A stretch of 64,000 bases of DNA, from contig JAYZEG010000095.1 of assembly GCA_036337435.1 (NCBI GenBank), positions 1 to 64,000 of the forward strand, read 5' to 3'. Source of the DNA: Myxococcota bacterium (GTDB lineage: Bacteria; Myxococcota_A; Bradymonadia; UBA7976; UBA1532). How positions within the stretch are numbered: position 1 is the stretch's first letter; each line of letters opens with the position of its first letter. The translations under genes and the position numbers were made by a program. The notes beneath the pieces were generated by a model. That model saw only the letters and a list, made by a program, of their open reading frames with translations, did no database searches and had not been told where the DNA came from. Below are positions 28,193-38,545 of this stretch, in pieces.

Positions 28193-30649
28193 ATGGCGAA
28201 CACAAAGCATAAGATTCACGCTGCAAAAAGCGACTTTTACGCCCGTTGGGCTCGGTTGATTCTACGATATCGGTTCGCCGTCTTAGTTGTCCTGACTTGC
28301 TCCACACTGGGGCTCGCCTACTATGCGGCGACGCACTTGCGCGTTGACAACAGCGTCGAGTCTTTTGCGCCGCCCAACTCAATCGAAATTAAGGCACTTA
28401 AAGATTATCGGGCCACATTTGGTCGAGCAGACCCGTTTCTGATTCTGATCGAAGGCGCCGTGTTTGACTTAGATTTTCTCAAGCGACTCGACGCCTTACA
28501 CGGTGAGCTGCGAGCCCTCAAAGTCGATGTGAGACCGCCGACATCAGCACCCAAGATAGAGGAAGCACCGCCAACGGAGAACACCGAGTTTGGTTTTGAA
28601 GATGACGGCGATGACGGCTGGGGCGAAGAAGACGGTGGCGGCATATTTAGCCGGGTCACTTCGCTCATTAACGTCCGGCAAACGAGAGCGGTTGGCGATG
28701 GTATTCAGGTCGATAAGCTGATGACGCCGCTTCCAACCGAGGAACAAATAGCGGACAAAAAAAAGATGATCTTGGCCGATTCGTTTCTCGTTGGCCAAGT
28801 CGTCGATGAAGCCGGTCGTTTCGCCTTAGTCACCGCCTATCCCATCAATATGTATGACGGCGACCTCGAAAAAGTCACAACGGAGGTTTTAAAAATTGTC
28901 GAGTCTTATTCGCGCGATGGATTTCGAATTTACGTGACGGGGCCTCCAGCAATTGCATCTCTCATCAATCAAATGGTTATCTCCGACCTAACGCGTCTCG
29001 GCGGGTACTCATTGATCCTTGTCGTTTTGGTGCTTGCGGCTTTGTTTCGACATTGGATCGGGATTTTGGGTCCAGTTTTGGTGATCCTGGTGTCGGTCTT
29101 TTGGACCCTGGGCGCGATGGCACTCTTCGACTTGCCCGTCACAATTCTATCGGGGATTTTGCCGGCATTTTTGTTTTGTGTGGGTGTTTGTGATTCCATC
29201 CACATGCTGTCGATATACCGGTCGCTCAGGGTCGAAGGTGTCGAAAATAAACAGGCGATTATCGATGCGGTCGCGATTACCGGTCCACCTGTTTTCTTCA
29301 CGTCTTTGACGACAATATGCGGGCTTTTTAGTCTCAATTTTGCCTCCGTCACGGTCATTGCTGAAATGGGGATTGCTGGTGGTGTCGGCGTTGCGTTTGC
29401 CTGGTTTTTCTCACTGACTTTGCTGCCGATCATTCTCACGTTTAATGAAGCCTCAGTCCTGGGCGCGAGGGAGGAGAGCAAAGGCCTGACCATACGCTTT
29501 TTAGAATGGGCTGTCGGCTATCGCGACACTCAGCCACGACGGAGAGATGTGCGTGTGCTCATTTTGACAGCAGTCGTGGCCCTACTCTGTACCTGGGGGG
29601 TATCGCAGATTCGAGTCTATCATGATGACTTGGAAATTTTACCAGATGGCTCGATGGTCAAGGTTGCTGTTCGCGTGCTCGATGAAAATGTTGGTGGCGC
29701 GGCTCTAGCTGAACTGGTTTTGACACCGCAACAGGGCAGCTTGAAGGATATCGAGGTGCTTCGGGGCTTGTCCAAGGTCATTGATGACGTCCTCGCTTAT
29801 CGAGACCCAGTGACCAATGAACCCGTCGTGACGCATGCGCTTAGTTTGGTCGACGTGTTTAAGGAAACGAGGCGCGCCTTTAATGGCGGAGGCCAAGATG
29901 AATACCGGCTTCCGACCAGCCAGAATGAGGTTAACGATTATGCATTCGTTTTCGAAAATCAAAGTCCAGGAGAGTTGGGTAAATTGACCACTGTAGATTG
30001 GTCTAAGACCCATGTCTCCATGCGCGTTAAATGGCGGGAAGCGACCGATTACGGACCCCTACTGAGGTACATCGAAACGAGCCTGACCACGCATCTGGGT
30101 GACAAAGCCAAATGGGTTGGCACAGGACCGGTATATGTCGTGAATCGCCTTGTCAAAGTCATGCTGATGGATTTAGCCGTCAGTTTCGGGACCGCGTTTG
30201 CCTTCGTCACCTGCTTCATGCTCGTCATGCTCGGCAATGTGCGCATGGGCTTAATCGCGATTCTTCCGAACTTGTTTCCCATCATGTTGGTGCTTGGAAT
30301 GATGGGTCTCTTGGGCTTACCGTTGGATTTGAACTCCCTTCTCATCGCGTCTATCGCCCTTGGCATTGCCGTTGATGATACGGTGCATTTTCTCCATCAT
30401 TTCAAGACGGCCTATCGGGATTCTGACGATTGTCAATCGGCCCTGGAATCGGCCAGTTATCATGCAGGCCAGGCGATGATCACCACGTCCATCGTTTTGG
30501 TCGCGGGCTTCAGTGTCTTGTGTCTGGCGACCAATGCAGCTGTCTTTCGATTTGGGTTTCTTACGGCGTTGACTGTCTTGGCAGCCCTACTCACCGATTT
30601 GATCGCCTTGCCCTCAATTTTGCGAGTGATTTATAAGAAGCGAGCCTAG
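28193..30649 (+). CDS. MMPL/RND-superfamily exporter
   Basis: Two repeats of 1 TM + periplasmic domain + 5 TM; motifs GVCDSIH and GIAVDDTVHF. Confidence 0.92.
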   Translation: MANTKHKIHAAKSDFYARWARLILRYRFAVLVVLTCSTLGLAYYAATHLRVDNSVESFAPPNSIEIKALKDYRATFGRADPFLILIEGAVFDLDFLKRLDALHGELRALKVDVRPPTSAPKIEEAPPTENTEFGFEDDGDDGWGEEDGGGIFSRVTSLINVRQTRAVGDGIQVDKLMTPLPTEEQIADKKKMILADSFLVGQVVDEAGRFALVTAYPINMYDGDLEKVTTEVLKIVESYSRDGFRIYVTGPPAIASLINQMVISDLTRLGGYSLILVVLVLAALFRHWIGILGPVLVILVSVFWTLGAMALFDLPVTILSGILPAFLFCVGVCDSIHMLSIYRSLRVEGVENKQAIIDAVAITGPPVFFTSLTTICGLFSLNFASVTVIAEMGIAGGVGVAFAWFFSLTLLPIILTFNEASVLGAREESKGLTIRFLEWAVGYRDTQPRRRDVRVLILTAVVALLCTWGVSQIRVYHDDLEILPDGSMVKVAVRVLDENVGGAALAELVLTPQQGSLKDIEVLRGLSKVIDDVLAYRDPVTNEPVVTHALSLVDVFKETRRAFNGGGQDEYRLPTSQNEVNDYAFVFENQSPGELGKLTTVDWSKTHVSMRVKWREATDYGPLLRYIETSLTTHLGDKAKWVGTGPVYVVNRLVKVMLMDLAVSFGTAFAFVTCFMLVMLGNVRMGLIAILPNLFPIMLVLGMMGLLGLPLDLNSLLIASIALGIAVDDTVHFLHHFKTAYRDSDDCQSALESASYHAGQAMITTSIVLVAGFSVLCLATNAAVFRFGFLTALTVLAALLTDLIALPSILRVIYKKRA

Positions 30650-30743
30650 TGATTCGATAACATGTCGTACACGTTTGAGCGGCTTTGTGGTACAACACGC
30701 TGTCTTTAGCGGGGTGTATAGTGCCCGACAACGGGAGACTTAA

Positions 30744-31496
30744 ATGAGAAATGCGATTCTTTTAATGGCTTTTTTGCTCTGTATGGGCTGTTCATCTGAT
30801 GAGATCAGAGCACCAAGCAATACGACCGGATCAAATCAGTCGAGTGGCAAAACCGACAATGCTGTCGAAGGAGACGCCGGGCTTTACGATGATGCATATG
30901 TTTTCGATACAGCAGGCGATGGGGGTACATTTGAATCGGATGGTGACCTGATACCGACACCGGACGCGGAACCAGAGCCTGTCGTAGACCCCTTTGAGCA
31001 GGCATGGGATGTAACCATCCACCGCGTGGAATTTCCCGAAGGCACAGGGGCACCGGATTACAGACGCGCTGCGGGTGTATCAAGGTTTAGTCTAGGCGGC
31101 ACCGAGTTTTGGCAGAAGTGGCCTACCGGTCACAACCCAACCTACAGTTATTCGGAAGGGACTGAATTAGGACGCCGGTGCATGTTTGCCAGTGCACGTC
31201 GTTTCGAAGCGATTATGACAGACCCGCCCCAGGCCATCATTGATCTCGTTGAAAACAGTGACTGGAGAGGCAGTTTCTTTAACTGGAACGATGATTTCTC
31301 GGAATCTGAATGGGGTGATGGACGATCCGCGCGCCTTTGGGCCTGGCGGACGACTCTGGTCAAATGGATCAGTCAAACAAACGTCGATGGCAGTTGCTAT
31401 TTGCCGACCTACGAAATGGTTGAAGAACTCGCCGAGAGTTGTGCGATTCAAGCGGCGCGGCGGGAGGGTGAAATTCAGGGCTGCCGCGCTCCTTAG
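30744..31496 (+). CDS. Hypothetical lipoprotein
   Basis: GGGAG RBS; LLCMGC lipobox; GKTD motif, acidic linker and Trp-rich domain. Confidence 0.8.
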   Translation: MRNAILLMAFLLCMGCSSDEIRAPSNTTGSNQSSGKTDNAVEGDAGLYDDAYVFDTAGDGGTFESDGDLIPTPDAEPEPVVDPFEQAWDVTIHRVEFPEGTGAPDYRRAAGVSRFSLGGTEFWQKWPTGHNPTYSYSEGTELGRRCMFASARRFEAIMTDPPQAIIDLVENSDWRGSFFNWNDDFSESEWGDGRSARLWAWRTTLVKWISQTNVDGSCYLPTYEMVEELAESCAIQAARREGEIQGCRAP

Positions 31497-32293
31497 TCGA
31501 GAATTTTAACCGGGTCGCCCACGCGAATCGTTCCACGATTGACTGGAATTAAGTTCACTCCGAAAACAACACCACTCGAGGTGCGTTGATAATCTGAAAG
31601 GGTCTTGAGCGGCTCGCCATCAGTGCGCCTCTGGCCCGTCTGCGGATCCAGTACCGTCATCGCGCATCGGACGCACGCCCCACCTGACTTAAATTCGACT
31701 GCACCGATCCTCAAGGTATTCCATCCTAGTTCAGCAAAGGCCTTAGCGTCCTCAATGACGACATTTGGACGAAATGCACCCATTGAAACGGGGGTACTCA
31801 GTTTTTCATTCAGATGAGCGAGGCTCTCCCCATTGGTCAAAAGCAGGGGATAGCCATCCGCGTAGCTCACCTCATCACCCGGACTAGACTTTATTGGGCG
31901 CACGACATCCGTCGACATATACACAAGACGGCAGCCGATCCCGGTGAGATTTGACAGCCACTCATCGATTGAACTATCGAATGTCAGCCCGCTTGTCTGA
32001 CAACCCCAGATCTCGACATTCATGGTTTCTGTGCGTCCGGTGAGCTCGGCCTTAATTCGCCGGCCACTGTCGTCGCTGAGCTCCAATGTGCCATTGTCCC
32101 CAGGGGTCGCTCTGATGCGAAGTAACTGAGGGTGAGTTCGTGCTGTTAAAAAAACGCCATGGGTGTCAACCAGCATCCAGCGGCGGTCATTTTGTAGACC
32201 GCGGCGGACAACACGTGCGCTCTGTGCATTTATCCCACGGCCCGACTTAAGTGGGTAATAGACAAGCTCTGTGACAGAAATCTCCGTCCTCAT
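31493..32293 (-). CDS. MOSC-domain protein (YcbX/mARC-like molybdoenzyme)
   Basis: YYPLKS, DRRWMLVD, YADGYPLLL, FRPNVVI, CVRC and FGVNL. Confidence 0.93.
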   Translation of the reverse strand: MRTEISVTELVYYPLKSGRGINAQSARVVRRGLQNDRRWMLVDTHGVFLTARTHPQLLRIRATPGDNGTLELSDDSGRRIKAELTGRTETMNVEIWGCQTSGLTFDSSIDEWLSNLTGIGCRLVYMSTDVVRPIKSSPGDEVSYADGYPLLLTNGESLAHLNEKLSTPVSMGAFRPNVVIEDAKAFAELGWNTLRIGAVEFKSGGACVRCAMTVLDPQTGQRRTDGEPLKTLSDYQRTSSGVVFGVNLIPVNRGTIRVGDPVKILD

Positions 32294-34128
32294 TGGCCTG
32301 AGTTTACAACGAAACTGGCTTGAAGATAGGCGACTAAATCAGCCAATTCCTGATCTGTGAGTCCATCCCAAGCCGGCATGTTACCAACCCCGGTCAAAAG
32401 CAACCTAATCAAGTCTTGCTTAGTCCGGATTACGTTTCGTGTCGCCAGGTCGGGCCCATCGGTGGTGCCACTGCCATCTGAGCCGTGGCATGCGGTGCAG
32501 TAGGTCTCAAAAACCGTTGTTCCGGATTCGACCTCGTTCGACAGGTCATTGATGTCGAGAATCCGTTGGTTATATTTTTGCCGCTCCAGGTCATCGAAGT
32601 GACGAACCTCCGTAAGCATCAGTTGGCGTAAATTATCGACCCGCTGGGTTGTCCATAGGTAATCGGTCGGAAAGATTGTGCGCTGTTTCGTGCGCCCGTT
32701 GAGTGGATAGAGGGTCTCGTCTGAAATGATTCGATCGAGGTCGAGGGCATCGAGGCGCCCATCATTGTTCAAATCGAATGCAACCGTCGACCCTCCATGC
32801 TGATGACACCCAATACAATTGGTTCGTGCGTTACCTCGCCCATGTTCGATGTATGGGTTGCTTGCCCACGTCAGAGCACTCGATTGAACAGCCAATGCAT
32901 CTTGCAAGCTCGGAAACGCCTCCAAACCGCTCGTAACATCCGGATCCCGTTCCTCGTAGTCCACGACGACGGTCATTTTGTAGTTGTTCCACACGGAGTC
33001 GGCATTGCGAGTCAAGGACGCCGGTCGATCAGCGCCGAAATCTGACTCCGGCGTGTCGCTCCACCAGAGAGTGACCCAAACCCAATGCCTCAATTCTTTC
33101 GTCATGATGTGGAGACCGACGAGTCGGTATAGGTCTCCTGTACGGGTTCGGATCGTGTAAATCTCGTCAGCAGATGGTGTAGCACGCCGTGACGGTGTTG
33201 CCCAATGCGCACTTTTGTCGGGCCCAATGACACCTTGTAAACTCTCCGCATCTGTATCGAAGACATCGACAGCTCGACCGAAGTTCGCACGGGCCCACTG
33301 TGCTTTGATCAGAACTGACGAGATGGGGAATTCATCGCCCAGGCATGCTGTAAAGTTTAAGTCACTTGTCATCGATTGAGCATCGAGCGTCAACTCAGCC
33401 AACTCGGGCAAGCAATCCAGATTATTTTGGTAATTTTTGATCAAGTGTTTCAGTGTTGCGGGACTGTATGTGATGCGGGCGTTGCCGGTGGCAGCACCGC
33501 TGAAGTTGGATTGCAGGCTGCGCGCACAATCTGCGTCGCTCAAATCGGACTCACATTGAGCCAATTCAGAGACGTGTTTGAAGAAACGCTCCAATGGCCA
33601 GCGCGCGGAACGCTCCCGTGCCTTAACGTTCCAGTCTAATGCATCTTCGATGCTCGACTCGCTAAACGGGGCTCGACGTCTGCGTTCAGCATCGGTCAAC
33701 CCGTTGAAGAGCCGTCTAAATATCCGTCTGAAATCATCGACGCCATACCAGGTCTGCCATCGAGGGACTTCTGGTATACCGCCCTCAATTTCTAATGGTC
33801 GGCCCGGTTCGACCATTTCCAGTCCGAAGAGCGGAACATTTTCAAGAACACGCTCTGCAACGGCCCAGCCCAATTCCCGTCTCAGCTTCATGTCTCTCTG
33901 GAGTTCCGATTCGAACGAACTGACGTTTGGGTCAGCGGGGTAGGGGTCTGCGAGGCCGACTAGAGCTCGACCAAAGACATCAACTTTGCCATTTTCAGGG
34001 CCGGGGAAGGCGAGTTCATCAAGCGTCCGGCCATCGTCCGCCACAATTGGCGCATCACTGCATGCGATGGCCATCAGCATCAGAAGCCAAAGAACACGTC
34101 GTCGGTATGGGTGAGGCACCCGCTTCAT
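32290..34128 (-). CDS. Di-heme c-type cytochrome lipoprotein with C-terminal class I cytochrome c domain
   Basis: MAIAC lipobox; LVGLHIMTKE..WVWVTLWW; CIGCH; terminal CTACHGSDG..GPDL..MPAW. Confidence 0.85.
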   Translation of the reverse strand: MKRVPHPYRRRVLWLLMLMAIACSDAPIVADDGRTLDELAFPGPENGKVDVFGRALVGLADPYPADPNVSSFESELQRDMKLRRELGWAVAERVLENVPLFGLEMVEPGRPLEIEGGIPEVPRWQTWYGVDDFRRIFRRLFNGLTDAERRRRAPFSESSIEDALDWNVKARERSARWPLERFFKHVSELAQCESDLSDADCARSLQSNFSGAATGNARITYSPATLKHLIKNYQNNLDCLPELAELTLDAQSMTSDLNFTACLGDEFPISSVLIKAQWARANFGRAVDVFDTDAESLQGVIGPDKSAHWATPSRRATPSADEIYTIRTRTGDLYRLVGLHIMTKELRHWVWVTLWWSDTPESDFGADRPASLTRNADSVWNNYKMTVVVDYEERDPDVTSGLEAFPSLQDALAVQSSALTWASNPYIEHGRGNARTNCIGCHQHGGSTVAFDLNNDGRLDALDLDRIISDETLYPLNGRTKQRTIFPTDYLWTTQRVDNLRQLMLTEVRHFDDLERQKYNQRILDINDLSNEVESGTTVFETYCTACHGSDGSGTTDGPDLATRNVIRTKQDLIRLLLTGVGNMPAWDGLTDQELADLVAYLQASFVVNSGQ

Positions 34129-37100
34129 TCAGCTTGTCCACCTGCTTCGGCCAATTGAATGGCCAAATCACTGGCGACAACGTACTCGTCCTGTCCGTCA
34201 CGCAACAGAAAATACAACCAATTGTCGGAGCGAAAATGTGGAAACAAGGCTTTGGTGCCTTCCGGTACATCGGCGACAAGATGCTGTTCACCTGTCTTTA
34301 GGTCAACCATAATAATGACGCTCCTGTCTCCGGTGTATTGGTGGGTGGCGACGAAGCGCTCATCAAATGAAATGTTGGCTTTGGCACCAGGAATACATAA
34401 GCGTGCGACCACCTGACCGATGTCGATGTCGTAGCTGTCTGCCGTTCGAGTCGTGACCACCTTTCGGATCACATACCCTAGGCTGTCACCGTCTTCACCC
34501 CCAGCCAGTCGACTTACGACCAACTTACCCGACGGAGAGAGCACAGAGTCCCCCTCGAACGGAGAATCGACAATGACGCTTCTCAACTGTTCATACTGGC
34601 TGCCATTGAAGATCATGGGCGAGAACTTCATCGTTGCGTTGGCACCGAAATGCGCAACCGGATTGTTTGTGGTTCGATTACGCCCAGAATCGCTGGTAAA
34701 CTGAGAATTGATTACAAAATAATCGCCGCCGTTACTGCCGCGCGCAACATGTTGGTACAGGTTGATGTTGGTGCCGCGAATACAGCCCTCTTCTTCAAAT
34801 GTGATTTCTTCTGCCGTCTCTAAAATCGGCTGGGGGCAAATCCCTGTGCCTCCGCCCTGAAAGATGAAGCCGCTGTTGTCTGGGAAAAAGCTGGGGTCGT
34901 AACTGGCTTTTACTTTGATATCACGATTTCGAAGAAGGTCTGTCACCGTTGCGCCACCCTGAACACCGCCACCATTGGCAACGAAACGACCATCGGCAGA
35001 GCTCCTCGTCCAAAAACTAGTTTTGAATTGCAACTTGAGCACCTCTCTGAGCTGACCCTTGGCACTGCCCCAGTCAGACGAGCGGTCTAAATAGCCCGTT
35101 TGGAAACAATTGCGCGCACGCCCACCTTCGCACCCAAACATCCGAATGCCATTTTCCTGATTTACTGCCCCCCAACCTTCGAAGGCCATCTCGGAAATAT
35201 GAGCATTCACTGCTGCACCATCGATAAAGGGCTCACACGTCGTCGGGGCAGGTGGATCCTGGATGACCGAATCCAGGTCGGGCAGCTTTTGTTCGAACCA
35301 CTTCAAAACCACTGCATACTCGCGCTCATTGAGTGCCGAATAGGTTCCTTTTGGCATTCCAACTCGTCCTTTGAAAGAGACAAATTGCCTGAGCCACTCA
35401 GTCTCGCCATACGCTTTTTGAAAGAGCTTTCGAAAATAGCCATAGCGGGCGCCGGTGGTCAAAATGCCAATCTTGTCCGCTGCAAAAACCGATGCAGGGT
35501 CAGTACTGCGAGCGCGCATGCAGTGAACGCTTTCGAGTGCTTGTTGTTGGCTCATGTCCTCGGGGTCAACTTTCAACTCGCAGCGGTCGAGTGCTGTCTG
35601 CGTGAGCTCGAGCCAGTGCCTCAGGCCGCCTTTCGACACAGAGTGACATTCTGCGCAGCGTCTGGTTGCGCAATCACCGTTCTCTCCATCGCATCGTTCA
35701 TCACTTGTATCACTGACATTGGCGCCGAGAATCTTGAGAGCTTCTAGTGCCAGTTGGGGCCCTTCGAGCTCAACTTCTGGCAGCTCGCCGACGTCGATGA
35801 CCTGCTCTGTTGGTAGTTCTTCGAACTTACAGTCGTAGATAGGCCCGCTATCACCCGTTGGGTTACTCGGACGCGCGCAGGCTTGGATGAAGTCGAGGGC
35901 TTTGCCATATTCAGACTCAGCCCAGGTGCTTTCATCGAGATGATGCATCTCGGGCGGCATCCAAAAGCGCTTTTCAAATTTCATCCCCTCGTCGGTTAAT
36001 AGATTGTTCCAAAAAGTATCCGTCCCTTCTAGACGTCTGAGCCACGATTTTGCCCACCGGCCATCGGCCACGCGATGGCACTTGGTACATGCAGCAGTCT
36101 CGCTGCTGACCAAGTTCTTCGGCATTGTCCAGCCTTGTCCTTCGGCATCGACAATGCTGTAGGGGGCCTCATTAAATCCTAGAGTATATCCATCGTGCAC
36201 GCCCATCATCGGAATGACGGTATCCCCGTTTTCATCTTTTGCACCGTCGATCCACGGGGTATGGATGAAGGGGTCCGTCGAATGGCATTCGGCACATTGA
36301 ATGCCGCTGCCTAAACCGCCGTGAATCCCGTTCCATAACGAATTGGATGTCTGAGGCGATGCGGTCGATTCGAGGTCATCTGCCGGGTGTGGAATGTGAA
36401 CGCCATCGGTTTTCGAATAGAGCGCGTTTTGGAAATAACAGGTTTTCCCCGTGTAGGGGTTATGTCCGATCATTGCCACATCATTGTATTGACCCTCTTC
36501 CGTCAATGCTTTGCGACACAAAAGCACCCAGTATGTCCCCTGGTCATTGACGCGTCGTGCGACTCGCGGTCCATTGGTGCGGCCGTTGACTGCATTTGGT
36601 TCGCATGAATTGTAGATAAACTGGGGGTCGTCACATTTAGACTGGGTCGTCTCAGGAAATGTTTTTGTGCCGTCTTCCAGGGTGACTGTCATGGGGATAG
36701 GCACGGAATCGAGGCAGTTGTAGGTCGCGTAATCGTTCTCTGCAATTTTTTCGAAAAATGGGATTTCACCCAAGTTGTTGACACACGCTTGACCGTACGC
36801 AACCGTACTTCGGATGGCCTCATTCGCATCACCATACCCGTCGAATTTGCCGCTGCCCCTCTTGTCCAAAGCGCGCCTGATATCGAGCTCCGCCTTGCGG
36901 ACGACTTGATCGCCGTTCATCAAGCAAAGGTCGATTGTATAGATGCCAGCCAACGCGATATTGATCATGTCCAGGGTCGGCTCTTCGGCTTCGACGAAAG
37001 CTGTGTTGTATTGGTCCAGAAACATGTCTGCTCTGGCAAATGGACCCAGGAAGGTATCCCCCGACTCGGAGGCGGTCGGTTGTTCATCGATGCGGGGAAT

Positions 37101-37340
37101 CTCAGGGAGCATCTGCCCACATTCGAGAACGCCGCTGGCACCGTTACGAATCCGAGCGTGCAGGGTTTGCCCGGCCTTCAACGCTGGATAGACTGAGACT
37201 TTGAGTTGGTTCGTCATCTCGTCTAATTGTACTTCGAACAGCGGTGGCCCCTTATATTCGTCCATCGGTGCATCAGAACAGCCGACGAAAAGCAGCGTAA
37301 GAATGGCTATAGATCGCCCAAGTGGGCCAAATAAACGCAT
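34125..37340 (-). CDS. Large tri-heme c-type cytochrome lipoprotein with probable C-terminal beta-propeller
   Basis: LFVGC lipobox; CAECH, CTKCH and CAECH; TolB-like blades (SADGRFV, PSFFPDNSG, LSPSGK, SFDERFV). Confidence 0.8.
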   Translation of the reverse strand: MRLFGPLGRSIAILTLLFVGCSDAPMDEYKGPPLFEVQLDEMTNQLKVSVYPALKAGQTLHARIRNGASGVLECGQMLPEIPRIDEQPTASESGDTFLGPFARADMFLDQYNTAFVEAEEPTLDMINIALAGIYTIDLCLMNGDQVVRKAELDIRRALDKRGSGKFDGYGDANEAIRSTVAYGQACVNNLGEIPFFEKIAENDYATYNCLDSVPIPMTVTLEDGTKTFPETTQSKCDDPQFIYNSCEPNAVNGRTNGPRVARRVNDQGTYWVLLCRKALTEEGQYNDVAMIGHNPYTGKTCYFQNALYSKTDGVHIPHPADDLESTASPQTSNSLWNGIHGGLGSGIQCAECHSTDPFIHTPWIDGAKDENGDTVIPMMGVHDGYTLGFNEAPYSIVDAEGQGWTMPKNLVSSETAACTKCHRVADGRWAKSWLRRLEGTDTFWNNLLTDEGMKFEKRFWMPPEMHHLDESTWAESEYGKALDFIQACARPSNPTGDSGPIYDCKFEELPTEQVIDVGELPEVELEGPQLALEALKILGANVSDTSDERCDGENGDCATRRCAECHSVSKGGLRHWLELTQTALDRCELKVDPEDMSQQQALESVHCMRARSTDPASVFAADKIGILTTGARYGYFRKLFQKAYGETEWLRQFVSFKGRVGMPKGTYSALNEREYAVVLKWFEQKLPDLDSVIQDPPAPTTCEPFIDGAAVNAHISEMAFEGWGAVNQENGIRMFGCEGGRARNCFQTGYLDRSSDWGSAKGQLREVLKLQFKTSFWTRSSADGRFVANGGGVQGGATVTDLLRNRDIKVKASYDPSFFPDNSGFIFQGGGTGICPQPILETAEEITFEEEGCIRGTNINLYQHVARGSNGGDYFVINSQFTSDSGRNRTTNNPVAHFGANATMKFSPMIFNGSQYEQLRSVIVDSPFEGDSVLSPSGKLVVSRLAGGEDGDSLGYVIRKVVTTRTADSYDIDIGQVVARLCIPGAKANISFDERFVATHQYTGDRSVIIMVDLKTGEQHLVADVPEGTKALFPHFRSDNWLYFLLRDGQDEYVVASDLAIQLAEAGGQAE

Positions 37341-37478
37341 GACTCATCCCCCCAATGTGAAGGTAACCCCGGTAATACGACCAGCATGTCTCGAGACACG
37401 TACCCCCGACCGCGCGCGAATGATACGGCAAAAGGTCTTTGAAATCAAGCCTTAGGAGACCGCCGGTTCTTCCATTAA

Positions 37479-38387
37479 CTAGGGTTCTGAGCAGGTCAAA
37501 GTCGTTCCGGGGTGGGCGGTTTGACTGCCTTCGCAGACAGCGTCCCCAGAACATCCGCAGAAGCCGTCGATACACACATCGACAGGCCCGGTGGTGCATT
37601 CGCCATCGTTGCGGCAGCGGCAAAAGCCATCATCGCCACAGAGCGTGCCGTTGGTTTGGCATGAGTCAGCCGTACATTTACAGCGGCCCGACTCAACATC
37701 ACAGCTCGGATAATCCCCGAGGCAGTGACTGTCGTTGCCGCATGGAACAGCACAGTTGCCTGCGCCATCGCATGCCGCTCGGTCTTGCACGCATACGCGA
37801 ATGGCCCCAGTGCCGTCAGCGCGATTCAATTCCAATTCTGCCATTGTGAGGGTGTCACAACCGATAAAATCGTTCGGTATGATGGCGCAGGCGTTGAGTC
37901 CGTCGTAGTTGATGCACGCTTGGGTCCCATTCGTACCGCCAGGACAGTCGCTGTCTGTCTCACAGCTGTCTATCCAGGCCGAGAAAATGGCGATGCAATC
38001 TCGATCCGTTCCGCAATTTTGCGTACAGACGCCGTCATTACAGGTGTGGCCGTCCAAACAATCATCATCGGCCTCGCATCGCTCCTGGCACAATTGGTAG
38101 TCATCGGGCAACACGAGACCGCCCCCGCCGCCAGTGCCGCCGGTCCCAGCAGAACCACCGGACCCGCCCGTGGTACCCATGTCGCCATTTTCAGCGGTCG
38201 TGTCACCTGCATCAGACGATGCGTCGCCACCACCAGAGCCTCCGGTTCCACCAGAGCCTCCTTGCCCGGCATTACCGCCGGTTGCCATCATCGCTGGCCG
38301 ATCGTCTGAACTGGAGTCACAGCCCCACACGGTGAGGGAGAGAGCACAAAAAAGCGCGAGATAGGTTTCGGAACGTTTAATCCCCAT
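37479..38387 (-). CDS. Cysteine-rich lipoprotein with Gly/Ser/Thr linker
   Basis: TVWGC lipobox; AGGAG RBS; repeated CxxDxDC modules. Confidence 0.85.
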   Translation of the reverse strand: MGIKRSETYLALFCALSLTVWGCDSSSDDRPAMMATGGNAGQGGSGGTGGSGGGDASSDAGDTTAENGDMGTTGGSGGSAGTGGTGGGGGLVLPDDYQLCQERCEADDDCLDGHTCNDGVCTQNCGTDRDCIAIFSAWIDSCETDSDCPGGTNGTQACINYDGLNACAIIPNDFIGCDTLTMAELELNRADGTGAIRVCVQDRAACDGAGNCAVPCGNDSHCLGDYPSCDVESGRCKCTADSCQTNGTLCGDDGFCRCRNDGECTTGPVDVCIDGFCGCSGDAVCEGSQTAHPGTTLTCSEP

Positions 38388-38545
38388 AACAAGCTCCTAG
38401 AATGCGGGTTGAGTTGATCCGCCGACTAGCTAACACGGGTTTTGGCGATTTGCTAGGTTCATCATGGTGGTTTCCTGACTGTTGGAAAGGTTATTCTTGC
38501 TCTCGAAACAGTGCTACAGTCGGGGCCAGAGATCGGAGGTATGCA

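Noticed and set aside
38402..38545. Extended N-termini given by the ORF track here and at 14826, 16093, 41043 and 44209
   Set aside because: Downstream ATGs fit better by RBS, family alignment, signal-peptide position or absence of overlap with the neighbouring gene.
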